DNA from: a virus | Length of the DNA: 55,727 nt | Reading direction: 5' to 3' (one strand) | UHGV virus genome: UHGV-0036148 | Shown: positions 45,347 through 53,663 of the stretch, in pieces | Position numbering within the stretch: the stretch's first letter is position 1 | Layout of the letters: every line of letters begins with the position of its first letter | The notes under the pieces: generated by a model | The model's input: the letters and a program-made list of their open reading frames with translations, nothing else | The model's database searches: none | What the model was told of the DNA's origin: nothing | Position numbers and translations under genes: made by a program

Positions 45347-46287
45347 TCTTCGCCATATTTAGCGTGCGCAACCTTATAGTTTTCTTGCGCCCGTTCTAAT
45401 ATTCGTTTGTTTAATATATTACCGTCTTCGTCAACTAATACGGTAATAGTGCTGCATTTGCAGTTAATTGAATTAGGGGATCTACTCCACCATTCGCGCT
45501 GCTCTTCTATGGTGTACGTTTTCCCGTGCCGCTGTGCGTGTGACAGCCTGGTAGTCGGCGACAATGCCGAAATGTGCATCTGCATAGTGCGCAAGTTAAG
45601 CTCATCCGATGCGGCCTCTGCCTCATCCATACGCGCTGTGCGCAACGCTGTGCATATTTCAGTGCGGGCAATACGTTTGCACCTGTATAGTGGTAATTGC
45701 GTTTCCTGCTGCAATGTGCGCGCTATTTCGAGTGGGTTTAAGCCACGAGCCATGCCTTCAGTTAATCGGCGGGCCATATCCTTCTTGATCTGTGCTGTAA
45801 GCCCGCGCATCTCTTCAAATACACGGGTACGAACAAGGGCAAGGCGCGTGCGATAGGTCTGACTGGTTAATACCGCCGACACTTCAGGGTAAGCCCTGGA
45901 ATATGTGACCGACTGGTTAGCGAGGTTGGCATATTCCTGTGCAGTACCGCGCTGATATGCCACTTTCACGTACTCCTGCCAAAACCAGAAGTTTTCCGGG
46001 TCGGTAAGGTCGAATATCTCATCAATCATGTCGCTGGCGTCTTCAAGCAAATCATGCAATTCGTCGATGTAGATCTGAAAAGTGTATTTCTTGTTAACAG
46101 CCAGGGTGTATTGCATCCGGTCCAGTATGGCGATATACGGTTCCGCAACTTTCTTAAGGCAGGCTTTAAAACGCTTGATAGCACCGGACCTCAACTTCCC
46201 TGTCATGGTCGGGTCTTCGGTGTTAGATGGCATTATCGCGGCTGGAGGTATTCGCCTGATTATCTTCTTCACCTTCATCATCGTCAC
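45337..46287 (-). CDS. MuF-like minor head morphogenesis protein
   Basis: central and C-terminal regions resemble the Mu F / SPP1 gp7 family (recalled). Confidence 0.55.
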   Translation of the reverse strand: MTMMKVKKIIRRIPPAAIMPSNTEDPTMTGKLRSGAIKRFKACLKKVAEPYIAILDRMQYTLAVNKKYTFQIYIDELHDLLEDASDMIDEIFDLTDPENFWFWQEYVKVAYQRGTAQEYANLANQSVTYSRAYPEVSAVLTSQTYRTRLALVRTRVFEEMRGLTAQIKKDMARRLTEGMARGLNPLEIARTLQQETQLPLYRCKRIARTEICTALRTARMDEAEAASDELNLRTMQMHISALSPTTRLSHAQRHGKTYTIEEQREWWSRSPNSINCKCSTITVLVDEDGNILNKRILERAQENYKVAHAKYGEDWE

Positions 46288-47593
46288 CCTCTTCCGTTTC
46301 TACTACACTAGCGGGGCCATCGTATCCGGCAGCCTCGCGGATTTCGTCACCGCTAAATATCTCTTCACCAGTAGCCAGACAAGCCTGATTGATTTGTGCC
46401 ATTTTGTGTGCCGCTTCCAGTAGTTCGGCTTTGGTCATGGCGTTCAGGTCGTCCCATATTACTGATACATCAATTGGCATACTGATAAGGCGGAGATCTG
46501 CCATCTTGCGGAACAGATCTTCAAGTTCACCGCCAATTTCCTCCCTGCGGGTCATACAGCGGCTGTTGAAATAGCGGAGATCTTCGGTTGATGCGCGTTC
46601 TCCCTGCTGGTTCCCTACCAGGATGCGGGTCGGAATATCAATACCAGCGGCGGCGGTTTGCAGGTTGACGTCATAGGTTGCTGACGGGTCAGATACGGCA
46701 GTCACCAGCGGGCTGACTGTTGCCCCCTGTAATGCCATCATCACATCGTTACCCTTATTCATTTCAGCCGCAGCCTCATTGAATCTTTCGCGTAGCTCTG
46801 TAACGTCGCAATCGTATGTTGCAGCCAGGGAACGGAAGTCAATTTCCTTATCGAATGAGATAGCAAGCTGGCGGGCGGCGTTTTTCAGGAATGATTCACC
46901 GCTACCACCTTCCACCTTCTCCAGTGACACAAAGGCGTTATAGGAAGGTTCAAGGAAAGCGATAGCATCATCAGAATAGTCGCCAAAGATGAATATGCGG
47001 TCAGGGTGGATCTTTCTGGCAATGGTTTTACTGTTTATGCGCTCTTTGTATTCCCACCATGTCGGCAGGCCATAATTTTCACTGTTCGGGTCTTCTTCGA
47101 CCTCCTTCGGTGTAAGAGCGCCAGCCCATACCGGGGTAAATTTGGCAATACCTACGCCTTTTGTCACTGGCTGATCCCACGGCTGGTTATCTCTGACATG
47201 AATCAACAGGCCAGCATAACGACCAATGAGGCGGCGGCGGTCACATTCGGCAATGATGCGCCAAAATCTGTTATCAAACTGTTTCTTGATTTCTCTTTCC
47301 CAGGATGTTTCTGTTTCCGCTTTCTCGTCTTCTGTTCCTTCAATCATCGTTGGCCTGGTGCGCCAGCAAGTTGTGATGATTTTCTCAATAGCACCGTGAG
47401 CAATACCACCGCGACGATACAGTTTGTATAGATCGTCATACGTGATCTCTTCTTTGAATCCGTATTCACTCCACGCAGCATCGCGTTTGGCATCTATCCC
47501 CATAGTGAATGGGTTGGCGGCTGCATAGCGGGCATAGGCCGCCTGACGTTGTGACAAGGCAGCATTAACCGCCAATTCTAAATTGGATGGCAT
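46223..47593 (-). CDS. portal protein
   Basis: large ORF directly downstream of TerL with acidic C-terminus; ATG 47593 with AGGAG SD. Confidence 0.65.
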   Translation of the reverse strand: MPSNLELAVNAALSQRQAAYARYAAANPFTMGIDAKRDAAWSEYGFKEEITYDDLYKLYRRGGIAHGAIEKIITTCWRTRPTMIEGTEDEKAETETSWEREIKKQFDNRFWRIIAECDRRRLIGRYAGLLIHVRDNQPWDQPVTKGVGIAKFTPVWAGALTPKEVEEDPNSENYGLPTWWEYKERINSKTIARKIHPDRIFIFGDYSDDAIAFLEPSYNAFVSLEKVEGGSGESFLKNAARQLAISFDKEIDFRSLAATYDCDVTELRERFNEAAAEMNKGNDVMMALQGATVSPLVTAVSDPSATYDVNLQTAAAGIDIPTRILVGNQQGERASTEDLRYFNSRCMTRREEIGGELEDLFRKMADLRLISMPIDVSVIWDDLNAMTKAELLEAAHKMAQINQACLATGEEIFSGDEIREAAGYDGPASVVETEEGDDDEGEEDNQANTSSRDNAI

Positions 47594-47608
47594 AATGTTT
47601 ACTCCTGA

Positions 47609-47645
47609 ATACATGTTTACGCGTTGCTACGCGAAAAATAGAAAA
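47609..47645 (-). promoter_or_regulatory. conserved intergenic element (copy 2) upstream of portal
   Basis: atacatGTTTACGCGTTGCTACGCGAAAAATAGAAAA. Confidence 0.4.
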
Positions 47646-47671
47646 ACTTGTGGGGGATTGTGGGATGGTTT

Positions 47672-49150
47672 TTAAAATCCGCGCAGGCGCTTCGGTAACA
47701 TGAGGCCCATAGCCTGTGGCTGGCTTAATTCAGTGATACCCCACACCATTGCGTCGAGGCGGTCCGGGGATTTTTTAGCGGTAGCTGGCACGTATTCCAT
47801 CATTTGATTTTCCAGCGTGTACAGACTGCCAGTGTGTGCTACTCTGCCTTGTGCATACAGTGCAGATATTGGTTCGGCACGGGCAAATTTACCTTTGCTT
47901 GCGTGCACCTTAACAATGCGGCCTTTGAATCCGGCATTGCGTAGCGTGGCCTCCGCCATTTCACCGCCCTGGTTGGTTTCGATAACTATCGCATCAGCCT
48001 CATGGATGTCATAGGCGTTCATTGCTGCTTGCGCCCAGTCGTTAGGCGACATGCGGCCTGAGTAGTCACCATCAACAGAATACTGAGCATTCTTACCGCC
48101 ACCATAAGCGGAACACGCCACGATACCCGTTTCGTCAGACTCATCAGATGATGTTGTCGCAGGGTCAATGGCTACCACCGTGCGGATCTTGTCCTGCGTT
48201 ATCTGCATCCGGTGTGCTGCTGTTATCATAGCCTCAGTCCACAATGCACCCTCTTCGTCGAACTTACGCGGGCGCTGCATGTACTGGGCCTCAAATGACC
48301 GCCTGTGTGCTTTCAGTCCAGCTTCATGATCGTCATTGTGCTTCCTGGGCCACAGCCAGCCATCAGGAAGATTGTGAGCAATAGGGATTGCGAACTCGTT
48401 TTCAGGGTACAGATCCCAATAGTCAACGCTGTTGTCAATCTTCACTGGCAGGTTCAGGTGATACCACTTCTCCCCGCTCCCACCGCGTAACAGGTAGCCG
48501 GACAAATCATCGTAGTGGATGCGCTGCATAATGACGATAACAGGCGTTGTTTGCACTGCCAGACGTGACGCAAGCGTGTCGTTATAGTTTGTGTTAACCT
48601 GCTTTCTCACCACGTCAGAATAAGCGTCAGCGGGTTTTAATGGGTCATCGATTATTAACGCACCGTTAAATCCCGGTTCCATATACCCAGCACGGAACCC
48701 AGTTACCTGGCCCAGCGATGAGGTTGCGTACACGCCGCCACCGTATTCGGTCCACCACATCGATTTTGAGTTGGCATCGTTGCGGATCTTCATAGGCCAC
48801 ATTGCCTGATACTCAGGCGTGCAGATCATGTTTCTTACGGTTGAGGAATTGAGTAACGCGAGGTTATTGGAATAGGAAACGTGAAGGAATCTTGTGCGGG
48901 GATTTATTGCGAGGGACCGTGCCATCATATTGATGGTAGCGATCATGGTCTTACCGTACCCTGGGGGAATGTTGATGATGAGTCGGGTTATCTCACCATT
49001 GACAACGCGTTGCAGTGCGTCGCGGATAGCTAAGTGATGGCCTGATAGTAACATCTTCGTCCCGTTCGCTTGCTTATAGAAGTAGCGATTGAAAAACAGG
49101 CCATCGTTTTCACATTTGGACTGAATAACTCGTTCTTTGATTGTCAGCAT
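47672..49150 (-). CDS. terminase large subunit
   Basis: P-loop-like NIPPGYGKT, C-terminal nuclease-like acidic motifs (AIDPA, IVIETNQGG, DRLDA); GAGGTG SD. Confidence 0.85.
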   Translation of the reverse strand: MLTIKERVIQSKCENDGLFFNRYFYKQANGTKMLLSGHHLAIRDALQRVVNGEITRLIINIPPGYGKTMIATINMMARSLAINPRTRFLHVSYSNNLALLNSSTVRNMICTPEYQAMWPMKIRNDANSKSMWWTEYGGGVYATSSLGQVTGFRAGYMEPGFNGALIIDDPLKPADAYSDVVRKQVNTNYNDTLASRLAVQTTPVIVIMQRIHYDDLSGYLLRGGSGEKWYHLNLPVKIDNSVDYWDLYPENEFAIPIAHNLPDGWLWPRKHNDDHEAGLKAHRRSFEAQYMQRPRKFDEEGALWTEAMITAAHRMQITQDKIRTVVAIDPATTSSDESDETGIVACSAYGGGKNAQYSVDGDYSGRMSPNDWAQAAMNAYDIHEADAIVIETNQGGEMAEATLRNAGFKGRIVKVHASKGKFARAEPISALYAQGRVAHTGSLYTLENQMMEYVPATAKKSPDRLDAMVWGITELSQPQAMGLMLPKRLRGF

Positions 49151-49152
49151 AA

Positions 49153-49638
49153 TCACACCTCATCTTCTACTTCCTGGACGATGCGGGCGATTTCTTCTTT
49201 CGTGACTTCTACCTGTACGGGCGCTTCTTCCCTGTTGCCTACGATTTCCTGCGTAACGCGTTCGCCATACTTACGCGGTTGCAGTTTTGCTAACAGCCAT
49301 TTACGAGTCTCAATCATCAAATGGTGTCTGTTCAGTTCTTCCTTTTTGATGTTCTCTGGCGCGTCAGCAAGATCGATAATCTCATCAGCTAACACCTCGA
49401 AGCCGATCTCCTTCGCGCGTATGTACATGTCCGAAAATTCTGGCACGTCACGGAACCACTTAAGGATTGTTGAGCGTGCAGGCATACCAGGCATCTTCGA
49501 AATTTTGTTAATGCTTTCGCCGTCCGCCACCAGTTCACAAATCTCTAATGCCTTTTCTTCGGTATAACCATGCGGACGGCCCGTCTTTTTGGCTGCTGGC
49601 TTTTTGTCTTCAGCCTTTGCCTTTTTCGTGCGGGCCAT
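49153..49638 (-). CDS. terminase small subunit
   Basis: basic N-terminus plus HTH-like segment; immediately upstream of TerL; AGAGGTGA SD. Confidence 0.6.
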   Translation of the reverse strand: MARTKKAKAEDKKPAAKKTGRPHGYTEEKALEICELVADGESINKISKMPGMPARSTILKWFRDVPEFSDMYIRAKEIGFEVLADEIIDLADAPENIKKEELNRHHLMIETRKWLLAKLQPRKYGERVTQEIVGNREEAPVQVEVTKEEIARIVQEVEDEV

Positions 49639-49649
49639 AATGTCACCTC

Positions 49650-49736
49650 TTAAAACCATTTACATAGAATATATAAGCACGCAATTAATGTTGCGCAGTA
49701 CGTTAATACTTCCAGCCAGTCGAATAGCTCTTTCAT
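49650..49736 (-). CDS. mini membrane peptide 9 of array (28 aa)
   Basis: MKELFDWLEVLTYCATLIACLYILCKWF; AGGTGA SD; stop overlaps terS SD. Confidence 0.4.
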   Translation of the reverse strand: MKELFDWLEVLTYCATLIACLYILCKWF

Positions 49737-49743
49737 TGTTCAC

Positions 49744-49812
49744 CTACTGAGTTAGTGCAGCCATAGTCAGAGAAATAGCGACAAACAGGAAGAAGAAATC
49801 AAGCCATTTCAT
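49744..49812 (-). CDS. mini membrane peptide 8 of array (22 aa)
   Basis: MKWLDFFFLFVAISLTMAALTQ; AGGAG SD. Confidence 0.4.
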   Translation of the reverse strand: MKWLDFFFLFVAISLTMAALTQ

Positions 49813-49829
49813 TTTTGAACTCCTGCGAT

Positions 49830-49901
49830 TCAGTTAACACTTAAAAGCACCGCAATAATGACAATCACTATAATCATGCAAAAGAAATCTGCTTCCCTCA
49901 T
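49830..49901 (-). CDS. mini membrane peptide 7 of array (23 aa)
   Basis: MREADFFCMIIVIVIIAVLLSVN; ATGA overlap with upstream stop. Confidence 0.4.
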   Translation of the reverse strand: MREADFFCMIIVIVIIAVLLSVN

Positions 49902-49978
49902 TTCCTGAACCCTCGATAAAAGTCAACAGCAACGACCACAACTACAGCCACCAATAACAGCATTTCATATGCGTTCAT
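49898..49978 (-). CDS. mini membrane peptide 6 of array (26 aa)
   Basis: MNAYEMLLLVAVVVVVAVDFYRGFRK; GGGAG SD. Confidence 0.4.
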   Translation of the reverse strand: MNAYEMLLLVAVVVVVAVDFYRGFRK

Positions 49979-50072
49979 CGACACTCCCTATAACCAGCCC
50001 AATAATAAGGATGATGGCGACAACGCCCAGCATCATGCCGAACATGATCGCCAGTAATTCGAATATATCCAT
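49965..50072 (-). CDS. mini membrane peptide 5 of array (35 aa)
   Basis: MDIFELLAIMFGMMLGVVAIILIIGLVIGSVDERI; AGGTGA SD. Confidence 0.4.
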   Translation of the reverse strand: MDIFELLAIMFGMMLGVVAIILIIGLVIGSVDERI

Positions 50073-50080
50073 GCCGTCAC

Positions 50081-50155
50081 CTATACGACATTCTTCCACC
50101 AGAAATAGATAATGACGGCGACCACTGACCACCAGATGAGATCGTAAACACTCAT
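50081..50155 (-). CDS. mini membrane peptide 4 of array (24 aa)
   Basis: MSVYDLIWWSVVAVIIYFWWKNVV; GAGG SD. Confidence 0.4.
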   Translation of the reverse strand: MSVYDLIWWSVVAVIIYFWWKNVV

Positions 50156-50164
50156 GCGGATGCC

Positions 50165-50239
50165 TCAGCTTTCAATGAATATCATGATCGCCAGCCATAC
50201 AGCGAAGCAGGCGGAAAGGATGATGAGCGGGTCAATCAT
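50165..50239 (-). CDS. mini membrane peptide 3 of array (24 aa)
   Basis: MIDPLIILSACFAVWLAIMIFIES; GGGGTGG SD. Confidence 0.4.
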   Translation of the reverse strand: MIDPLIILSACFAVWLAIMIFIES

Positions 50240-50252
50240 CTTGCCACCCCGT

Positions 50253-50348
50253 TTAGCATTTGCTCTTTGTGGCTATCAGCACAGCGATAACAAAACCCAC
50301 CAGGAATACAGACACGCCGATCAATCCGGCTATTTCGTAAGCGTTCAT
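50253..50348 (-). CDS. mini membrane peptide 2 of array (31 aa)
   Basis: MNAYEIAGLIGVSVFLVGFVIAVLIATKSKC; shares MNAYE start with peptide 6. Confidence 0.4.
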   Translation of the reverse strand: MNAYEIAGLIGVSVFLVGFVIAVLIATKSKC

Positions 50349-50352
50349 ATAG

Positions 50353-50421
50353 TTAATCCCATAACAGAAAGACTACAGCTATAACCATTCCGATGAATAA
50401 ACCACACAGAAAAGTGAGCAT
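50353..50421 (-). CDS. mini membrane peptide 1 of array (22 aa)
   Basis: MLTFLCGLFIGMVIAVVFLLWD; GGGGG SD; ATG 2 nt after stop of HExxH gene. Confidence 0.4.
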   Translation of the reverse strand: MLTFLCGLFIGMVIAVVFLLWD

Positions 50422-50423
50422 AA

Positions 50424-51008
50424 TTACCCCCGTTTAAAGCTCATCACACGCGGTACAAGCGCCTCTTTTGTTTTAGGCTTACGTTTGCCTTTCTTAGCTG
50501 GTTTTTTCTCTTCTTTCGGCTCCTCTGCCTGTTCAACTGCCTGTTCTGCTGCATCAGTCGCCTTCTCTGCCTGTTCCAGTGCCTTCTCTACGACTTCGGC
50601 GGCCTGCATAGCTGCCAACTGTGCTTCGTTAGATTCAGCAAGGATCGGGAAGAATGCGTCAAAGATGCGGCCCACCATGTAAGCATAAGTCTCGTTCGCT
50701 GGATGGCTTGGATCAGTGGTCGCTACGACGCCCACATCGCTCAGTACGTGGAATGTAGTGTGTGCGCATTCATGGACCAGAGTACCAAGCTCATTATCGA
50801 ATACTGCGATCACGTAGAAGTTACCGCCTTTCTCGCCAGTGCAAGTAAGTGTTAAACCTCCTGCCAGTTCAAAATCAGGTTCGATTGGAATGCCTGCCTT
50901 TTCGCAAAACTCGTAAAACATGTCGCGAGTAGGGCAGAAGAAAACTGTTGTATGCTCAAAGAGCGGGACTTTGAATTGAGGCAATTTAATGCCTTTAGCC
51001 TTAGCCAT
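50424..51008 (-). CDS. HExxH motif protein (putative zinc metallopeptidase-like) with Ala/Glu/Lys-rich basic tail
   Basis: LVHECAHTTFH motif; AGGAG SD; low-complexity C-terminus. Confidence 0.45.
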   Translation of the reverse strand: MAKAKGIKLPQFKVPLFEHTTVFFCPTRDMFYEFCEKAGIPIEPDFELAGGLTLTCTGEKGGNFYVIAVFDNELGTLVHECAHTTFHVLSDVGVVATTDPSHPANETYAYMVGRIFDAFFPILAESNEAQLAAMQAAEVVEKALEQAEKATDAAEQAVEQAEEPKEEKKPAKKGKRKPKTKEALVPRVMSFKRG

Positions 51009-51287
51009 CAGAATAATCTCCTATTCTGAAAAATATAACCCCCGCAAAACTCGACACCGCAGGGAGTGAAAACAGCTATAAAACACTGAAAACGGCGCTT
51101 CATCAGTACCGTTTCCAGAATTTTATAAAATTGGTGAATGGCGCTTTCTTCTACCCAGGTAGCGCCCGACCTGTTAATGGGACTGTTGATCCGGTATTAC
51201 GTGTTTTTGACTATTCCGCCGTCGCTCGCGGGAAGGATTGGCCCGGTTATGGCTGGCTGGCGAAAACGGCGACACGTCCACGCGCTG

Positions 51288-51758
51288 TTATTTTTTGCGT
51301 AAGCACTGCGTTTTGATATAGCTCTGAAGTCCGGCGATCTTCGCGTCTTTCTCTTTTAGTTGTTCTCTGAGGGATAGATAAGCCGATTCAGCGTCTGGAG
51401 TGAGTCTACAGGTGGCTCCATCAATGCGGCTGGCGGTTCCGGTATTGTCGAGCAATCGCACTGGCTCGGCGTTGACGTGCAACCGGATAGCACCGCTATC
51501 AATGCCAGCACGCAGATCGGCAATGTCAGATCTGATAGCTTTAATCTCATCGTGATACCTCTTATCAAGTTTTGACAGTTCGGCGTTTCGCTCCTTCATC
51601 TGCTGAATAGTGTTACTTGCTGTTTTTAGTGCGCCTTTCGTCACCGTGACTTCTTCCTGCAACCTTGCCGTTTCACCCTGGTAATAACACGTTACGGCTG
51701 TAAGGCTGGCAATAATGCAAACAACAACGGCGATGATTAACGTCTTCACCTTGTCCAT
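51288..51758 (-). CDS. i-spanin (Rz-like)
   Basis: N-terminal TM helix then coiled-coil; directly downstream of endolysin. Confidence 0.65.
   Translation of the reverse strand: MDKVKTLIIAVVVCIIASLTAVTCYYQGETARLQEEVTVTKGALKTASNTIQQMKERNAELSKLDKRYHDEIKAIRSDIADLRAGIDSGAIRLHVNAEPVRLLDNTGTASRIDGATCRLTPDAESAYLSLREQLKEKDAKIAGLQSYIKTQCLRKK
51356..51550 (-). CDS. o-spanin (Rz1-like) embedded in Rz in alternate frame
   Basis: [24 protein letters not shown] lipobox, Pro-rich mature part; fully nested in Rz. Confidence 0.55.
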   Translation of the reverse strand: MRLKLSDLTLPICVLALIAVLSGCTSTPSQCDCSTIPEPPAALMEPPVDSLQTLNRLIYPSENN

Positions 51759-52237
51759 TTCTCACCCCATTCGCAAACGGCATATTCAACCTCGCGGCGG
51801 TTTACCAGGCCTTGCCACTTCTTACCGCCAGCGTATACCCAGCGTTTAAGCTGTGCGCACGCTTCTGATTTCTTGCCGTCATTGAGTAGTTTTAATAAGG
51901 TTGATGTTTTAAAGTTGGTTGTGCCTACGTTATAGGCGAATGAATAAAGTGCTGCGCGGGTAAAATCTGATATTTCGACTTTAATATAGGGATCGATCGC
52001 TTTTGCGGTCTTGTGTAGATCTTTATTTAACAAAGTATCGCATTCTGATTGCGTGTAAGTCTTGCCAAGCATGATGTCTTTTCCGGTGTGACCGTGGCAA
52101 ACAGTCCACACACCAACAACATCACGATAAGGATTGTAATCAACTCCCTCTAATGGCTTAATCATCACCGCCGCAATAGCGATCGCCCCACCAGCCGCCG
52201 CCGCAACAATCTTGTTTTTCAGCGATTGGCTAATCAT
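51746..52237 (-). CDS. SAR endolysin (T4-lysozyme-like muramidase)
   Basis: Gly/Ala-rich N-terminal SAR segment [18 protein letters not shown]; E...D...T catalytic spacing in [18 protein letters not shown]. Confidence 0.85.
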   Translation of the reverse strand: MISQSLKNKIVAAAAGGAIAIAAVMIKPLEGVDYNPYRDVVGVWTVCHGHTGKDIMLGKTYTQSECDTLLNKDLHKTAKAIDPYIKVEISDFTRAALYSFAYNVGTTNFKTSTLLKLLNDGKKSEACAQLKRWVYAGGKKWQGLVNRREVEYAVCEWGEKWTR

Positions 52238-52438
52238 TTACTTATTCCCCATTCGCGCGTCGTGTTCCTCTTGCGCTCGCTTGTTCTCCTGTGATTTGAA
52301 GTAATAGTTAACGGCAAATGTGCCTACGGTTGATAAGATACCCACAAAGACGGCAATATCATTGATGGTTATCGCGCCGAAAAAAGCAGTTACGGCCCCA
52401 GTCACATACGCGCACGCCTCCCGTATTCTGTCTAACAT
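52238..52438 (-). CDS. holin (pinholin-like, two TM segments)
   Basis: 66 aa, two hydrophobic segments, charged C-terminus, immediately upstream of SAR endolysin. Confidence 0.65.
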   Translation of the reverse strand: MLDRIREACAYVTGAVTAFFGAITINDIAVFVGILSTVGTFAVNYYFKSQENKRAQEEHDARMGNK

Positions 52439-52455
52439 AGATTTACCTCCAACAA

Positions 52456-52480
52456 AGCAAAAACCCGGCGCGGGGCCGGG
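52456..52480 (-). terminator. rho-independent terminator immediately upstream of holin (tR'-like)
   Basis: minus strand CCCGGC-cccgc-GCCGGG followed by TTTTTGCTTTGTT. Confidence 0.55.
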
Positions 52481-52508
52481 TAATTACAATTTCGCATTGT
52501 TAGGTAAT

Positions 52509-52537
52509 ATTTTAATCTGTTTGTTTACGCTCTACAA
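52509..52537 (-). promoter_or_regulatory. candidate late promoter (PR'-like)
   Basis: minus strand TTGTAG - 17 bp - TAAAAT about 30 nt upstream of terminator hairpin. Confidence 0.3.
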
Positions 52538-52545
52538 ATACGGCT

Positions 52546-52722
52546 TTACGACTTTCTTTTTATCAGGCCATTATCAAGCAATAATTGCATTTGTTCACGG
52601 CTCATATTTACACCAGACCAGAAAGGCCGCTCACTCGACATAACAAAAACCTTTTCACCTTTCAGCAAGTAAGCAATATCAAATACATTATGCAAATAGA
52701 TGCCGTCTTCGATCTCGTTCAT
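52546..52722 (-). CDS. hypothetical protein (58 aa)
   Basis: ORF below 60-aa cutoff found by manual translation; MNEIEDGIYLHNVF... Confidence 0.3.
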   Translation of the reverse strand: MNEIEDGIYLHNVFDIAYLLKGEKVFVMSSERPFWSGVNMSREQMQLLLDNGLIKRKS

Positions 52723-52916
52723 AGCTCACCAACCTTGCGCCAATATCCGTGATTAAACATCGTGATGATCTCCACAGATGTCATAGGTAAAAACGGCTCA
52801 TGCCACTTCTCAAACTGACTTAATCGCATCATCACTTGTTCACCTTCAAGGCGATAATAAGCGCGTGAAGCCAATGACTGATAAACACCGTCATATTGAT
52901 GGTTGCTATTTCCCAT
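52719..52916 (-). CDS. hypothetical protein (65 aa)
   Basis: ORF in operon context. Confidence 0.35.
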   Translation of the reverse strand: MGNSNHQYDGVYQSLASRAYYRLEGEQVMMRLSQFEKWHEPFLPMTSVEIITMFNHGYWRKVGEL

Positions 52917-53148
52917 TTTTACGCTCCTTAATGGCTCGCTTGATCTGCTCTACCGTAGCATCGAAGAAAGCAAGAAACATAACTACAGGCCATAAAGGAA
53001 TCTCAAGGCCACCAGGTTTAGCACCGCTAAACTTAATAAAACATGACATCAGGATCGCGCCAGCGATATAAAGCAAAACAATCACAGCAATAAGGCATTC
53101 AATCATCATCGTCCTCATCGTCCTCATGTTCAGCCAGGAACTCATCAA
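52906..53148 (-). CDS. small membrane protein (two TM)
   Basis: IAVIVLLYIAGAILMSCFI and LWPVVMFLAFF hydrophobic segments. Confidence 0.4.
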   Translation of the reverse strand: MMSSWLNMRTMRTMMIECLIAVIVLLYIAGAILMSCFIKFSGAKPGGLEIPLWPVVMFLAFFDATVEQIKRAIKERKNGK

Positions 53149-53353
53149 CTACGCGGTAAGTCACTGGCGGGATGTATTCGAAATCATCAGAATCAAGATC
53201 AAGCGTCCGGCTGTCGCCGTCATCGTCCAGCGTATTCATCCCTAATTCACCGAAAGGGCCGTACCCAATACAGCCCAGATATTCGCAACCAATCGTAAAG
53301 CCAGGATATTCTCCCTTACACCTGATCTTGTACAGCTTATTTGATGCGCTCAA
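53099..53353 (-). CDS. small protein with poly-acidic C-terminal tail
   Basis: ends ...AEHEDDEDDDD; Cys/Gly-rich N-terminal half. Confidence 0.4.
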   Translation of the reverse strand: MSASNKLYKIRCKGEYPGFTIGCEYLGCIGYGPFGELGMNTLDDDGDSRTLDLDSDDFEYIPPVTYRVVDEFLAEHEDDEDDDD

Positions 53354-53660
53354 TGTTAATTCCCCCTTCCGCGCCCTCAGTCATTTTGTATTCCGCCACC
53401 AGTTCAGCACCGATCAATTCCACTTCATCACCAGGGAACGGAACGAGCGCCAGCGACGCGAAAACAAACTGTTTAATGTGGTTCAGATGGTCAAGGTCTT
53501 TCACGTCAAAAGGCGGTTCCGCTACATCGAAGCACTTAACACATGATTCATCATCAGTTGCTACACGGAAACATGCGCCAGGTTGTCCAGCGAATTGTCC
53601 AAGTTTTTTATTTTCTGCAAAAGTGCCACGGAAAACCTTAACGCTGATAAATTTAGACAT
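53337..53660 (-). CDS. hypothetical protein (107 aa)
   Basis: ORF in operon context. Confidence 0.4.
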   Translation of the reverse strand: MSKFISVKVFRGTFAENKKLGQFAGQPGACFRVATDDESCVKCFDVAEPPFDVKDLDHLNHIKQFVFASLALVPFPGDEVELIGAELVAEYKMTEGAEGGINIERIK

Positions 53661-53663
53661 TTG

